A stretch of 64,000 bases of DNA from a bacterium (GCA_963643985.1 CAVINP010000001.1:34-64033), one strand, 5' to 3'; shown: positions 27,478-36,670, counted from the first letter of the stretch. Numbers and translations: made by a program. The notes: generated from the letters alone by a model not told the origin.

Positions 27478-29121
27478 TCAGACCTGGCTGTCGGCGGCGA
27501 GCGGATCGGTGTTGCTCGTGTCCGCAACCTCGGCCGGCTGTATGGCCTGCTCGGTCGGCGCAGGCGTGTCCGTCGGTGCTGCGGAGGGCGTCGGCGTGGT
27601 CGCGCCGGGCGCGTAGGGCGCATCGTCGGAGTAGAGCAGCGTCTGCGTGTCGTTGTCGGCAATACCGGTCGCGCTGATGCCCGCCGTCTCCTGGAAGAGC
27701 TTGACTGCCGTGGACGTCTTGCTGCCGAAAGAGCCGTCGGCCGCATCGCTGAGATAGCCCAGATCCTTGAGACGCTGCTGCAGCTTCATGACGTCGTTGC
27801 TCTCGTCGCCCTTCTGCAGAGAGCGGTATACCACCGGTTCCGCAGTGGCCGCGGGCGCAGCCGTCTCGCTGGCCACGGTGATGACCTGACCGTTGATGAT
27901 GCCGGTCAGCTCCGCCGCAGAGGTGATGCCTTCCAGCTGCGTGATGGCATTGGTGACGATCTGCCACCTGGCCCGGGAATCGGCCTGCTTGGTGTCGCTC
28001 GTGCTGTCCACGGCCATGGCATCCATCAGTATGGCGTTGCCGATGTTGTCCTGTATGGCCTGCAGCGCGGAGACGAAGGTTTCGTCGTTGGTCGCAGGCT
28101 CATCGGGCAGCAGTGCCGCGATCGCCTGGGAGTCGGCCGTGAGCGCATTGGAGAGCGCCAGCATGCCGTCCGAGGTGTACAGGGCGGTGTAGCTGTCGAT
28201 ATAGTCCTGCTGCGTGTGCGCCTTGATCATCTCAATACCCTGCGTGTACAGGCTCTCGCTCACGCCCTCGATGGGCGAGCTGCTGCTCCTGCTGCCCACA
28301 AACTTGAGACCCAATACGATGCCCACGATGAGCACCGCGGCAACGGCCACGATGATGGCGGGCTTGATGAAACGGCGCAGATCGATGCGGCCGCGGCGCG
28401 ATGCACGCGCATCGGAGTAATCATCGTCGCCGTAATCGTCGGGATAGTCATCGGCGTAATCATCCCGGTAGTCGTCGTCGGCATAGTCCTCTTCGGTGTA
28501 TTCCGGCTCGGCATAGGGCGCACGCTCTTCTTCCTCGGCCTCATAGGCGGCACGCCTGCGCGAGGCGCGGCGGCTCGAGCCGTCCTCCAGCTTGCGGATG
28601 TATTCGCTGACGTCGCGGGAGATGCCTGCGCGGCCCGAAGATTTGATCTCGCGCGGCCTGAACTCGCTCATATCGACCTTCTCATCGGGACGCAGATCCT
28701 CGTCCAGCTCGTCGAGCGCCTCGCGCGCCGTATCCGAGAGCGGCATGCCGTTCAGATCCGCCGGCTCCTCTTCCTGCTGCTCCTCCTCTTCTTCCTGCGT
28801 CTCGGGGGCCATGGCGGCCCGCATGTCGCGGCGCACATTCTCGGGCGCGGAGGCCCCTTCGTACACGGGGCGGTAGGTGGTGCGGCTGCCCACGTCGCTG
28901 TCTTCCTCGGCAATATCTCCGTTGCCGGTGTAGGTGGTGCGCGTATAATTTTTGACCGGGCCGTTGCTCAGTTTGCCGGCCTCGGCCTGACCGGGGTCAA
29001 CGCTGAACTGCACGGATGTATAGGGGAGTCCGCCAAAGCGGCTGTCACCGATGGCCGCACCGCAGCCCGGACAGACCTGATCCGTCTCCCGGATGGTTTT
29101 TCCGCATTTCGAGCAAAACAT
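27478..29121 (-). CDS. Membrane protein with N-terminal zinc ribbon, acidic linker, TM helix and C-terminal peptidoglycan-binding (PG_binding_1-like) domain
   Basis: MFCSKCGKTI...CPGCG zinc ribbon. Asp/Glu/Tyr-rich region. TM helix PAIIVAVAAVLIVGIVLGL. C-terminal ...VMKLQQRLKDLGYLSDAADGSFGSKTSTAVKLFQ... Confidence 0.75.
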   Translation of the reverse strand: MFCSKCGKTIRETDQVCPGCGAAIGDSRFGGLPYTSVQFSVDPGQAEAGKLSNGPVKNYTRTTYTGNGDIAEEDSDVGSRTTYRPVYEGASAPENVRRDMRAAMAPETQEEEEEQQEEEPADLNGMPLSDTAREALDELDEDLRPDEKVDMSEFRPREIKSSGRAGISRDVSEYIRKLEDGSSRRASRRRAAYEAEEEERAPYAEPEYTEEDYADDDYRDDYADDYPDDYGDDDYSDARASRRGRIDLRRFIKPAIIVAVAAVLIVGIVLGLKFVGSRSSSSPIEGVSESLYTQGIEMIKAHTQQDYIDSYTALYTSDGMLALSNALTADSQAIAALLPDEPATNDETFVSALQAIQDNIGNAILMDAMAVDSTSDTKQADSRARWQIVTNAITQLEGITSAAELTGIINGQVITVASETAAPAATAEPVVYRSLQKGDESNDVMKLQQRLKDLGYLSDAADGSFGSKTSTAVKLFQETAGISATGIADNDTQTLLYSDDAPYAPGATTPTPSAAPTDTPAPTEQAIQPAEVADTSNTDPLAADSQV

Positions 29122-29175
29122 GGTATGCCCTCCTCTTTCGTATCACATGTCCGATCCCATATGGGCATACGAACA

Positions 29176-29215
29176 CATAGAACCATTCTATTGTATATGA
29201 TAGAATGGTTCTATG
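29176..29215. promoter_or_regulatory. Perfect 16-bp inverted repeat (candidate operator) overlapping the promoter of the 27478-29121 gene
   Basis: CATAGAACCATTCTAT-N8-ATAGAATGGTTCTATG. On the minus strand TTGACC (29225-29220), a 17-nt spacer and TATCAT (29202-29197) overlap the repeat. Confidence 0.6.
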
Positions 29216-29257
29216 CGAAGGTCAATATTTTTTATGTGACTTTAATTGGACAAAAAA

Positions 29258-29854
29258 TCAGTTGCCCGAGCCTGTGTAGACCGGGGGATCACAGTTGGGA
29301 CAGGGCGCCATGCCCTCGTTCATCGCCTCGCGAATGGTCAGTGTGCGGCGGTTGCTCTGCGTGCCGCAAACCTCCAGGGAATGGTAATACTTGGCGGAGT
29401 TGCCGTAGACCGAGTAGACCGTGGTGTTGAGTATGGCCTCCTGTTTGGCAGCCTCGACCTCGGGATCGGTCGTCGGCTCGGCCGTGGCCACACCGGCGGC
29501 TTCGGCCTGCGCAGCCTGCTGCTCGGCCAGCACCGTGTCGATATTCTCCAGCGCCGTCACCACGCCGTCATCGGGCGCGAGCGTCGCCGCAACGGGCGTT
29601 ACTGGGGTGGGCACGTCCGAGACAAGCTGCTTGCCGGGCATAACAAGGAAGAGTATCAGTGCCGTCTCCAGCGTGGCAATGCCGGTCATTATCATGCGTC
29701 CGCGCGTACGGAACACGCCCATGCGCCACAGGTACATCAGCCCGATCGGCGGCAGGAGCAGCGTCAGCAGCAGCGCAAAGATGCCGCGGTTGCCGCGGCC
29801 TTTGCTCGGCGTGTCCATATTGGGCGTGTACGCGTTTGTCTTGCGTGTCTTCAT
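29258..29854 (-). CDS. Hypothetical membrane protein with a C-terminal Cys-rich (CxxC) motif
   Basis: Two TM helices (IFALLLTLLLPPIGLMYLW, IMTGIATLETALILFLV). C-terminus YYHSLEVCGT...MAPCPNCDPP. The start is uncertain because no clear RBS is present. Confidence 0.55.
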   Translation of the reverse strand: MKTRKTNAYTPNMDTPSKGRGNRGIFALLLTLLLPPIGLMYLWRMGVFRTRGRMIMTGIATLETALILFLVMPGKQLVSDVPTPVTPVAATLAPDDGVVTALENIDTVLAEQQAAQAEAAGVATAEPTTDPEVEAAKQEAILNTTVYSVYGNSAKYYHSLEVCGTQSNRRTLTIREAMNEGMAPCPNCDPPVYTGSGN

Positions 29855-29864
29855 AGCGTATCCG

Positions 29865-30125
29865 TCAGACCGTCTCGGCCTGTTTTTGCTTCATTTCCTC
29901 CAGCGCCGTGGCCAGCTGGTCCGGGCAGGACGTACCTGCGCGGCACTGTATGCCCTTGAGGCGGGCGATGACCTCGTCTATCTTCATGCCCTCGATCAGG
30001 CGGGATACGCCCTGCGTGTTGCCGGTGCAGCCGCCGATAAATTCGACGTGTTCGATCGTGTCACCCTCGGCCTGAATCAGTATCATCTGCGAGCAGGTGC
30101 CGCGTGTCTTGTACTTGTAAACCAT
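29865..30125 (-). CDS. TIGR03905-type 4-Cys (TSCPD-like) small protein
   Basis: MVYKYKTRGTCS...FIGGCTGNTQG...GIQCRAGTSCPDQLA matches my recollection of the TIGR03905 family. Confidence 0.75.
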   Translation of the reverse strand: MVYKYKTRGTCSQMILIQAEGDTIEHVEFIGGCTGNTQGVSRLIEGMKIDEVIARLKGIQCRAGTSCPDQLATALEEMKQKQAETV

Positions 30126-30307
30126 ATGCAAACCATACCTTTCCGGTGAAATCATTCCCATTATACTAAGTTACGGCATTAAAGTCAAGTTTCCGCGCCG
30201 CGGAGATCGTGTCAAGCGGTTTCGGAAATTCAAACCGCATCCCGATTTGTGCCGTCCCTCTTCGCTTCTCAAACTGTGGAATATTTGATAATCGTTGTCG
30301 ACAGGGC

Positions 30308-30336
30308 TTGAAATCGTGGGCAAATGGTTGTATTAT
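30308..30336 (+). promoter_or_regulatory. Candidate promoter of galM-gltX
   Basis: TTGAAA (30308-30313), a 17-nt spacer, then TATTAT (30331-30336). Confidence 0.55.
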
Positions 30337-30384
30337 GATATACAGGAAACTGTCGAATCATCAATATATACAGGAGGAAAATCC

Positions 30385-31467
30385 ATGAGCATCACCACGA
30401 AGAGTTTCGGACATCTGCCCGACGGTCGCGAAGCACAGCTGTACACCATGACCAACGTCGCAGGTGCATCCGTAGAGGTCACCAACTACGGCGGCATACT
30501 CTGCGCCATCAACGTCCCCGACAAGGACGGCCAACTCGGCAATGTCCTCTTGGGTTACGACGATGTCTCCGGCTACGTGCCGACCTGCGGCTACATCGGC
30601 GCACTGATCGGCCGTGTGGGCAACCGCATCGCACGCGGCGAGTGCACCGTGGAGGGCACGCAGTTGCATCTGGCCAAGAACGAGGGCGGCAAGAACCACC
30701 TGCACGGCGGCGTCGAGGGCTTCAACACCAAGTTCTGGGACGTGACGCCCGTGGAAGGCATCTGCGAGGACAGCCTGATTCTCAAGTACTTCAGCCCCGA
30801 TGGCGAGGAAGGCTATCCCGGCAACCTGCGCGTGATGGTGACCTACACCTTCACCGATGAGAACGAACTGGTCATCCGCTACGAGGCCGTTTCCGACAAG
30901 GACACGCTCTGCAACCTGACCAACCATGCCTACTTCAACCTCGAGGGCGAGGGCAGCGGCAAGATTCTGGACCACGTGTTTGAGGTCAATGCCGACACCT
31001 TCACCGTGGGCGATACGGAGCTGATCCCCACCGGCGAACAGCGCGACGTGACGGGTACGCTCTTTGACCTGCGCAAGCCCACGCGCATCGGCGACGTGCT
31101 GGAAAAGACCGAGCAGGACGAGCAGCTGCGTGCGGGTCACGGCATAGACCACAACTTCAACATCAACGACTTCGATGCCGGCCTGCGCTTTGCCGCCTGC
31201 GTGACGGCGCCCGTGAGCGGCCGCATCATGAACGTGTTCACCGACATGCCCGCCATGCAGATCTACGCCGGCTGCTGTCTGGACAGCATCAACCCCGGCC
31301 GCTGCGGCAGGAAGTACAGCCAATACGAGGCCTTCTGCATGGAGACGCAGTATGCGCCCGATTCCGTCAACCATCCGAACTTCCCCGACAGCGTGCTCTA
31401 CGCCGGCGAGAAGTATGACTATACGACCGTGTTCACCTTTGACACGACCGAAGACGAAGAAGAGTAA
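30385..31467 (+). CDS. galM: Aldose 1-epimerase (galactose mutarotase)
   Basis: AGGAGG RBS. KNHLHGG, LTNHAYFNL and ETQYAPDS motifs typical of mutarotase. Confidence 0.9.
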   Translation: MSITTKSFGHLPDGREAQLYTMTNVAGASVEVTNYGGILCAINVPDKDGQLGNVLLGYDDVSGYVPTCGYIGALIGRVGNRIARGECTVEGTQLHLAKNEGGKNHLHGGVEGFNTKFWDVTPVEGICEDSLILKYFSPDGEEGYPGNLRVMVTYTFTDENELVIRYEAVSDKDTLCNLTNHAYFNLEGEGSGKILDHVFEVNADTFTVGDTELIPTGEQRDVTGTLFDLRKPTRIGDVLEKTEQDEQLRAGHGIDHNFNINDFDAGLRFAACVTAPVSGRIMNVFTDMPAMQIYAGCCLDSINPGRCGRKYSQYEAFCMETQYAPDSVNHPNFPDSVLYAGEKYDYTTVFTFDTTEDEEE

Positions 31468-31481
31468 AGGAGTTTTTGACC

Positions 31482-33023
31482 ATGGAGGTTCGCACCCGCT
31501 TTGCGCCCAGTCCGACCGGCTATATGCATCTGGGCAACCTGCGCACGGCACTTTATACCTATCTTTTTGCCCGCCGCATGGGCGGCAAGTTCATACTGCG
31601 CATCGAGGACACGGATCAGGAGCGTGAAGTCGAGGGCGCGGTGGACGTGATCTACAATTCCCTCAGAACCGCGGGCCTGACCCACGACGAAGGCCCGGAC
31701 GTGGGCGGCCCCTGCGGCCCCTATGTCCAGTCCGAGCGCAAGGACATGTACCTGCCCTACGCCCGGGAACTGGTCAGGACCGGTCACGCCTACTACTGCT
31801 TCTGCACCAAGGAGCGCCTGGATGCGGCGCGTGCCGAGGCGGAGGCCAAGGGCGAGACCTTCAAGTATGACAAGCACTGCCTGAACCTGTCTCAGGAGGA
31901 GATCGACCGCCGCCTGGCCGCGGGCGAGAGCTACGTCATCCGCCAGAACGTGCCCACCACGGGCAAGGCCGGCTTTGACGATGTGATCTACGGCCATGTC
32001 GAGGTGGACTGCGACACGCTGGACGACAACGTGCTGATCAAGGCCGACGGCCTGCCCACCTACAACTTTGCCAACGTGATCGATGACCACACCATGGGCA
32101 TCACCCACGTGATGCGAGGCAACGAGTACCTCTCCTCCGCGCCGAAGTACAACCTGCTCTACGAGGCCTTCGGCTGGACACCGCCCAAGTATGTGCACCT
32201 GACGCCCGTAATGGTGGAGGGCACGTACCGCAACAAGAAGACCGGCGTGTACCAGATGGAGACGGACGAAAACGGCAACGTGGTGCTGGACGAGAACGGC
32301 CAGCCGAAGAAGGCCATCGTCAAGCGCAAGATGAGCAAGAGCCAGGGTGATCCGTCCTTTGAGGATCTGCTCAGCCAGGGCTATCTGGTGGATGCCGTAA
32401 TCAACTACATGGTGCTGCTGGGCTGGAGCCCGCGCGGCGAGCGCGAGTTCTTCACGCTCAAGGAGCTGGAAGAGGTCTTCGATCTGGAGGGCCTGTCCAA
32501 GAGCCCCTCCGTGTTTGACATGGCCAAGCTCAACTGGTTCAATGCCGAGTACATCCGCCGCCTGACGCCGGAGAAGTATCTGGAATACGCCACGCCGTGG
32601 CTCAAAAAGATGCTGAACCCCGCCCGCTTTGATTTCAAACGTCTGGGCGAGCTGCTGCAGACGCGCACCGAGGTGTTCAACCAGCTTCCGGGCATGGTGA
32701 AGTTCCTGGCGGAAATGCCCGAATATGACACGGCGCTCTTTGTCAACAAAAAGCAGAAGAGCTCGGCGGAGACCGCGAAGGTCGCGCTCGAAAAGCTCCT
32801 GCCCGTGCTGGAAGGTGTCGAAGACTGGACGGAGACTGCGATCCACGATGCCGTGATGGCCTTCATTCCCGAGACCGGCATGAAGACGGGTCAGCTGCTC
32901 TGGCCGATGCGCATCGCCATCTCCGGACAAATGTCCACCCCCGGCGGCGCGTTCGAGATTGCCTATCTCCTGGGCAAGGACGAAACCCTGCGCCGCATGA
33001 GTGAGAGCCTGAAGAAACTTTGA
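31482..33023 (+). CDS. gltX: Glutamate--tRNA ligase
   Basis: RTRFAPSPTGYMHLGNLRTAL (HIGH region) and KMSKS. AAGGAG RBS 9 nt upstream of the ATG at 31482. Confidence 0.97.
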   Translation: MEVRTRFAPSPTGYMHLGNLRTALYTYLFARRMGGKFILRIEDTDQEREVEGAVDVIYNSLRTAGLTHDEGPDVGGPCGPYVQSERKDMYLPYARELVRTGHAYYCFCTKERLDAARAEAEAKGETFKYDKHCLNLSQEEIDRRLAAGESYVIRQNVPTTGKAGFDDVIYGHVEVDCDTLDDNVLIKADGLPTYNFANVIDDHTMGITHVMRGNEYLSSAPKYNLLYEAFGWTPPKYVHLTPVMVEGTYRNKKTGVYQMETDENGNVVLDENGQPKKAIVKRKMSKSQGDPSFEDLLSQGYLVDAVINYMVLLGWSPRGEREFFTLKELEEVFDLEGLSKSPSVFDMAKLNWFNAEYIRRLTPEKYLEYATPWLKKMLNPARFDFKRLGELLQTRTEVFNQLPGMVKFLAEMPEYDTALFVNKKQKSSAETAKVALEKLLPVLEGVEDWTETAIHDAVMAFIPETGMKTGQLLWPMRIAISGQMSTPGGAFEIAYLLGKDETLRRMSESLKKL

Positions 33024-33030
33024 CGAAACA

Positions 33031-33159
33031 GGTTCTTCACGGTTTCTTGGAGAATGGGGCTGCCAACCCCCTCATTCGGCTTCTGCCTCCCCTGAAAGGG
33101 GAGGGGGACCACGAAGTGGTGGAGGGGTTAGTCAGTCCCCCGACTTTCCGTGAAGAACC
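33031..33159. repeat. Structured 129-bp intergenic repeat with perfect 12-bp terminal inverted repeats (GGTTCTTCACGG family)
   Basis: GGTTCTTCACGG (33031-33042) is the reverse complement of CCGTGAAGAACC (33148-33159). Internal hairpin CCTCCCCTGAAAGGGGAGG. One end is homologous to 59849-59892. Confidence 0.7.
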
Positions 33160-33212
33160 GCAACACAGGATACCTCCCAAACCGCGGAGGTATCCTGTAT
33201 TTGGTGATTTGT

Positions 33213-34556
33213 ATGGAGAATACGACTTTAAGCAACAAACAGATCCGCAATCTGGTCATACCGCTGGTCATCGAGCAGTTGCTCTCCTCGCTGATGGGTA
33301 CGGCGGATACCATGATGGTCAGCAAGGCCGGCTCCGCGGCGATATCCGCGGTCTCGCTCGTGGACTCGATCAACGTGCTCATCATCAACGTCTTTGCGGC
33401 GCTGGCGGCGGGCGGATCGATCATCTGCGCACAGTATCTGGGGCGCGGCGAGCGCAAGGAGGCCAACGAGACCGGCCGTCAGCTGGTGCTCTGCGTCACC
33501 TTCCTGTCGTGTCTGGTCATGCTTGTCTTCATCGCGCTGAGAACGCCCATGCTGAGGCTGATATTCGGAAGCGTCGAGGCGGATGTCATGAGCAATGCCC
33601 GTACCTACTTTCTCATCACCGTGCTGTCCTATCCCTTCATCGCGCTCTACAACGCGAGCGCGGCGCTGTTTCGGGTGGACGGCAATTCGAGACTGCCGAT
33701 GGTGGTTTCCACGGTGTGCAACCTGATCAACATCGCCGGCAATGCCCTGCTGATATTCGGCTTTCACATGGGTGTGGCCGGTGCGGCGCTTTCTACGCTG
33801 ATATCGCGCATACTCAACGCCGTGATCATGCTCTGCTTCCAGCATCAGGACAGGCAGTCCATCGTGGTGCGCGACTACCTGAGCATCCGTCCGCAGCCCA
33901 AGCGCATCTGGAATATCATGGCCGTGGGCGTGCCGACGGGCATCGAAAACGGCATGTTCCAGTTCGGCAAGCTGATGATACAGTCGACCGTGTCGACCCT
34001 GGGGACGACCGCGATCGCCGCGCAGGCCATGACGGCCACGCTCGAGATGCTGGCCAGCACCAGCGGACTGGGCGTTGGCATGGCGCTGATGACGGTGGTC
34101 GGCCGCCTGCTGGGCGCGGGTATGATCACCGAGGCGCGTGCCGCCACCAAAAAACTGTGCATCTGGTCGGAGGGAACGGTCATTGTGCTTTGCTCCCTGA
34201 TTGCTCTGGGCGTGACACCGATAACGCGTATCTGCGGCATGGAGGCCGAGAGCGCGGCCCTGACGGTGCAATTGACGCTGATCATCTGTGCCGTGAAGCC
34301 ATTTATCTGGATGCCGGCATTCACGCTGCCCTACGCGCTGCGGGCCGCGGGCGACGTGCGCTTTACCATGCTGGTCTCCTCGATTGTCATGTGGGTCTGC
34401 CGCGTGGTGGTCTCCATCGTGCTGATGCGCGTGTTCCACACAGGCCCGCTGGGTGTCTGGCTGGGCATGTTTCTGGACTGGCTCGTGCGCGGCAGCTGCT
34501 ATGTCATACGCTTTCGCGGCGACAGATGGACGAAGAAACAGGTTATACGGGAGTGA
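33213..34556 (+). CDS. MATE-family efflux transporter
   Basis: 447 aa with 12 predicted TM helices. N-terminus NKQIRNLVIPLVIEQLLSSLMGTADTMMV is typical of MatE. Confidence 0.85.
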   Translation: MENTTLSNKQIRNLVIPLVIEQLLSSLMGTADTMMVSKAGSAAISAVSLVDSINVLIINVFAALAAGGSIICAQYLGRGERKEANETGRQLVLCVTFLSCLVMLVFIALRTPMLRLIFGSVEADVMSNARTYFLITVLSYPFIALYNASAALFRVDGNSRLPMVVSTVCNLINIAGNALLIFGFHMGVAGAALSTLISRILNAVIMLCFQHQDRQSIVVRDYLSIRPQPKRIWNIMAVGVPTGIENGMFQFGKLMIQSTVSTLGTTAIAAQAMTATLEMLASTSGLGVGMALMTVVGRLLGAGMITEARAATKKLCIWSEGTVIVLCSLIALGVTPITRICGMEAESAALTVQLTLIICAVKPFIWMPAFTLPYALRAAGDVRFTMLVSSIVMWVCRVVVSIVLMRVFHTGPLGVWLGMFLDWLVRGSCYVIRFRGDRWTKKQVIRE

Positions 34557-34607
34557 ATAAGGGAATAGGGATCGGCTGAATGGCGAGGGTTTACAGGTTC
34601 AGCTCCG

Positions 34608-36017
34608 CTAATCACTATTCACTTCATCCACATACCACCTGTTCATATCAACCTTGCCGCTGATGCCGTCGACGCTGCCGGACGCGCTGTACTGCCAGAT
34701 CTCGTAGTCGCCGACGTAGTAGGTCGCGGCGTTCCACTGCGCCAGCCAGATGCGCATGCCGCGTGCGCTGAGCAACTCACCCAATCCGCCGCTGAGCATG
34801 CTGTAGTTGGCGTAGACCATGCTTTCGCAGCCCGCCGCCTCCACGCGTTCGCAGAAGGCCTGACAGATGTCGGCCAGCTCACTTGCGCTCAGGTTTGCAT
34901 CGTACAGACGGCCGATGTGCCCGTTGTCCTGCTCGGCATATTCCAGGTCAAAGCAGACGGGCAGGTCGGGCGTCTTGCCCTGCAGCCGCTCCAGCACAAA
35001 ATCGGCCTCGGCCACGGCTTCCTGCGTGGTGGTCGCCTGTGAATAGAAGTATACGCCCACATCGATGCCCGCGGCCTTGGCAGCTGCGGCATTTTTTTCA
35101 AAATACGTATCGGCGTTCAGCGTGCCTTCCGCGCCCCAGCCCCTGAAGCCCACGCGCAGCAGCGCAAAGTCAATGCCGGCGGCCTTGACGCTGCTCCAGT
35201 CGATCTCTTCCTGATAGGACGATACATCCACACCCGACAGCACGCGATCGGCCTGCTTTTCCCACATGGCGTAGAGCATCGTATCTTCCATGAGTGCGGC
35301 GGATGTGTCAAAGGCCTCCTCGTAGCGGTTGCTCAGATACCAGCCCAGGAAGCTGAAGCCCTCGCGCACGGGAGTGGGCAGGCTCATGCCGCTCGTGCCC
35401 CAGCAGAACTCGTCCGTGGCCGGATCCCCGCCGCCGTAGCTCGTGTACCGCAGGCGCACGGGGGCACGCATCACCAGCCGCGTCGCCGTCCAGAGGTCCG
35501 TGATCGCGGCATCGTTCCCGTCCAGATTGACGTAGAGTGCATCCTGAGAGAATGCGCCGCCGCAGCGCATGGCCGACGTGCTGCCCTCAAGATCGAGCGT
35601 CACGTGTCCCGTTATGTTCAGGTCGCCGCCCGTGCGCAGCGCGAACTCGCCGCCCGAGACCGTGGCGCTGCCCTCGCCGGACAGGGTCAGATTCCCGCTT
35701 GCGTACAGCGCATTCTTATCGCCGGAAATGCTGCTCTCGCCCTCGAACTCGATGTTCAGATCGCCGCTTGCACGCACGCCACCGTTGATCTGCGCGTCGA
35801 TCAGACGCAGCGTACGGCTCTCTTTGTCGTAGACCGCCGATCCGCCGCCGAGCGTGAGCACATTGCCGCTCACGCGCGAGATGTCCTCGCCGCCGACGTA
35901 CACGCCGCCGCGCGGCAGCAGCAGTATGACGGCCGCCGCGATGAGCAGCAGCGCAACGGCAATCGGTATCAGGCTCTTTTTTGTCAGTTTAAAGCCGCGT
36001 TTCTTTTTCTTTTTCAT
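34608..36017 (-). CDS. GH25 muramidase (lysozyme) with N-terminal TM anchor, repeat region and Listeria-Bacteroides-type repeat
   Basis: GVDVSSYQEEIDWSSVKAAGIDFALLRVG...GVYFYSQA GH25 core. FSFLGWY repeat. TM helix LIPIAVALLLIAAAVILL. Confidence 0.85.
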   Translation of the reverse strand: MKKKKKRGFKLTKKSLIPIAVALLLIAAAVILLLPRGGVYVGGEDISRVSGNVLTLGGGSAVYDKESRTLRLIDAQINGGVRASGDLNIEFEGESSISGDKNALYASGNLTLSGEGSATVSGGEFALRTGGDLNITGHVTLDLEGSTSAMRCGGAFSQDALYVNLDGNDAAITDLWTATRLVMRAPVRLRYTSYGGGDPATDEFCWGTSGMSLPTPVREGFSFLGWYLSNRYEEAFDTSAALMEDTMLYAMWEKQADRVLSGVDVSSYQEEIDWSSVKAAGIDFALLRVGFRGWGAEGTLNADTYFEKNAAAAKAAGIDVGVYFYSQATTTQEAVAEADFVLERLQGKTPDLPVCFDLEYAEQDNGHIGRLYDANLSASELADICQAFCERVEAAGCESMVYANYSMLSGGLGELLSARGMRIWLAQWNAATYYVGDYEIWQYSASGSVDGISGKVDMNRWYVDEVNSD

Positions 36018-36670
36018 GCTTTCACGTCCAAACGGTGCAGTTTGCGCTTGCGCTCCGATTCAAGTTCCTTTATTTGCTTCATCAGGCGTGCATACTCCCC
36101 GAAGAGCGGCAGCACGTCCGCCTCACCCTCGAAACTCGGCCGGTTGGTCAGCGTGTCGGAGAGTGCGTATTTTTTGATCAGATTTTCGCCGAAGTCCACC
36201 GTGATCGTGTTGGCCTGCTGATTGGTGACGATGCCCCGACCGTACATGGCGTGGCTCACCTCCACACCGAGCAGCGAGATTTCATCCATATCCGGCAGAT
36301 CCCGGCGAAGACTCAGGTCTTCGATTTCCCGATCCGGCGCTTCGATCTCCTCCTGCAGCTTCTGCCTGTCCTGAGGCTGCACTTTGCTGACCGCTTTGGC
36401 CTTGGCCCTGACGGTTACCGGCGTATAGCTCAGTCCCTCGTAGTAGTTGCAGCAGAGGCAGCAATACATCAGATCATAGACCATCATGTGCAGGCTCTCG
36501 TCGTAGAACTATTTGTCATTGGGCATCTCTTCGGCCTCCCCGGAAAACCATACGTCCCGGAAGCAGCGTATGGCCGCCCACTTGAACTTCCCGTTGTGCT
36601 CGGGGCCGTTGATGTGTTCGTAATCGGCCTCGTAGCGATCTATCAAAGCATGCAGGTTGTCCGTGTTCAT
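36014..36670 (-). pseudogene. Small gene interrupted by one in-frame TAG (36506-36508); N- and C-terminal parts resemble the termini of UvrD/PcrA-like helicases
   Basis: The 54-aa ORF (AGGAGGA RBS, ATG at 36670) and the 157-aa ORF are in the same frame, separated only by TAG. The C-terminal GRGIVTNQQANTITVDFGENLIKKYAL recalls the Tudor-like tail of PcrA/UvrD. The stop overlaps the GH25 start (ATGA). Confidence 0.5.

Noticed and set aside
29176-29215. The palindrome as a LexA (Cheo) box, because it contains GAAC...GTTC
   Set aside because: The Gram-positive SOS box is GAAC-N4-GTTC. Here the GAAC and GTTC elements are 24 nt apart, and the conserved flanks do not match.
27475-29430. 651-aa plus-strand ORF overlapping the zinc-ribbon/PG-binding gene and the next gene
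   Set aside because: It is Arg/Gly/Ala-rich low-complexity sequence that spans an intergenic promoter region. The minus-strand genes have coherent domain architecture (zinc ribbon, TM helix, PG-binding).
31468-31481. T-box or other leader upstream of gltX
   Set aside because: Only 14 nt separate the galM stop from the gltX ATG, and these consist of an RBS and spacer. A T-box of about 200 nt cannot fit, so gltX is apparently co-transcribed with galM.
33020-34579. 519-aa plus-strand ORF and 403-aa minus-strand ORF overlapping the MATE transporter gene
   Set aside because: The first starts inside the intergenic palindromic repeat (translation ...PPLKGEGDHEVVEGL...) and is out of frame with a well-formed 12-TM MATE protein. 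Both are Arg/His/Gly-rich artefacts.
36506-36508. In-frame TAG as a pyrrolysine codon or programmed read-through
   Set aside because: No pyl genes, methylamine methyltransferase context or PYLIS-like element is visible, and TAG is also used as an ordinary stop by other genes in the window (e.g. 22959 and 47662). A nonsense mutation or sequencing error is more likely, so I kept it only as a pseudogene or split-gene observation.
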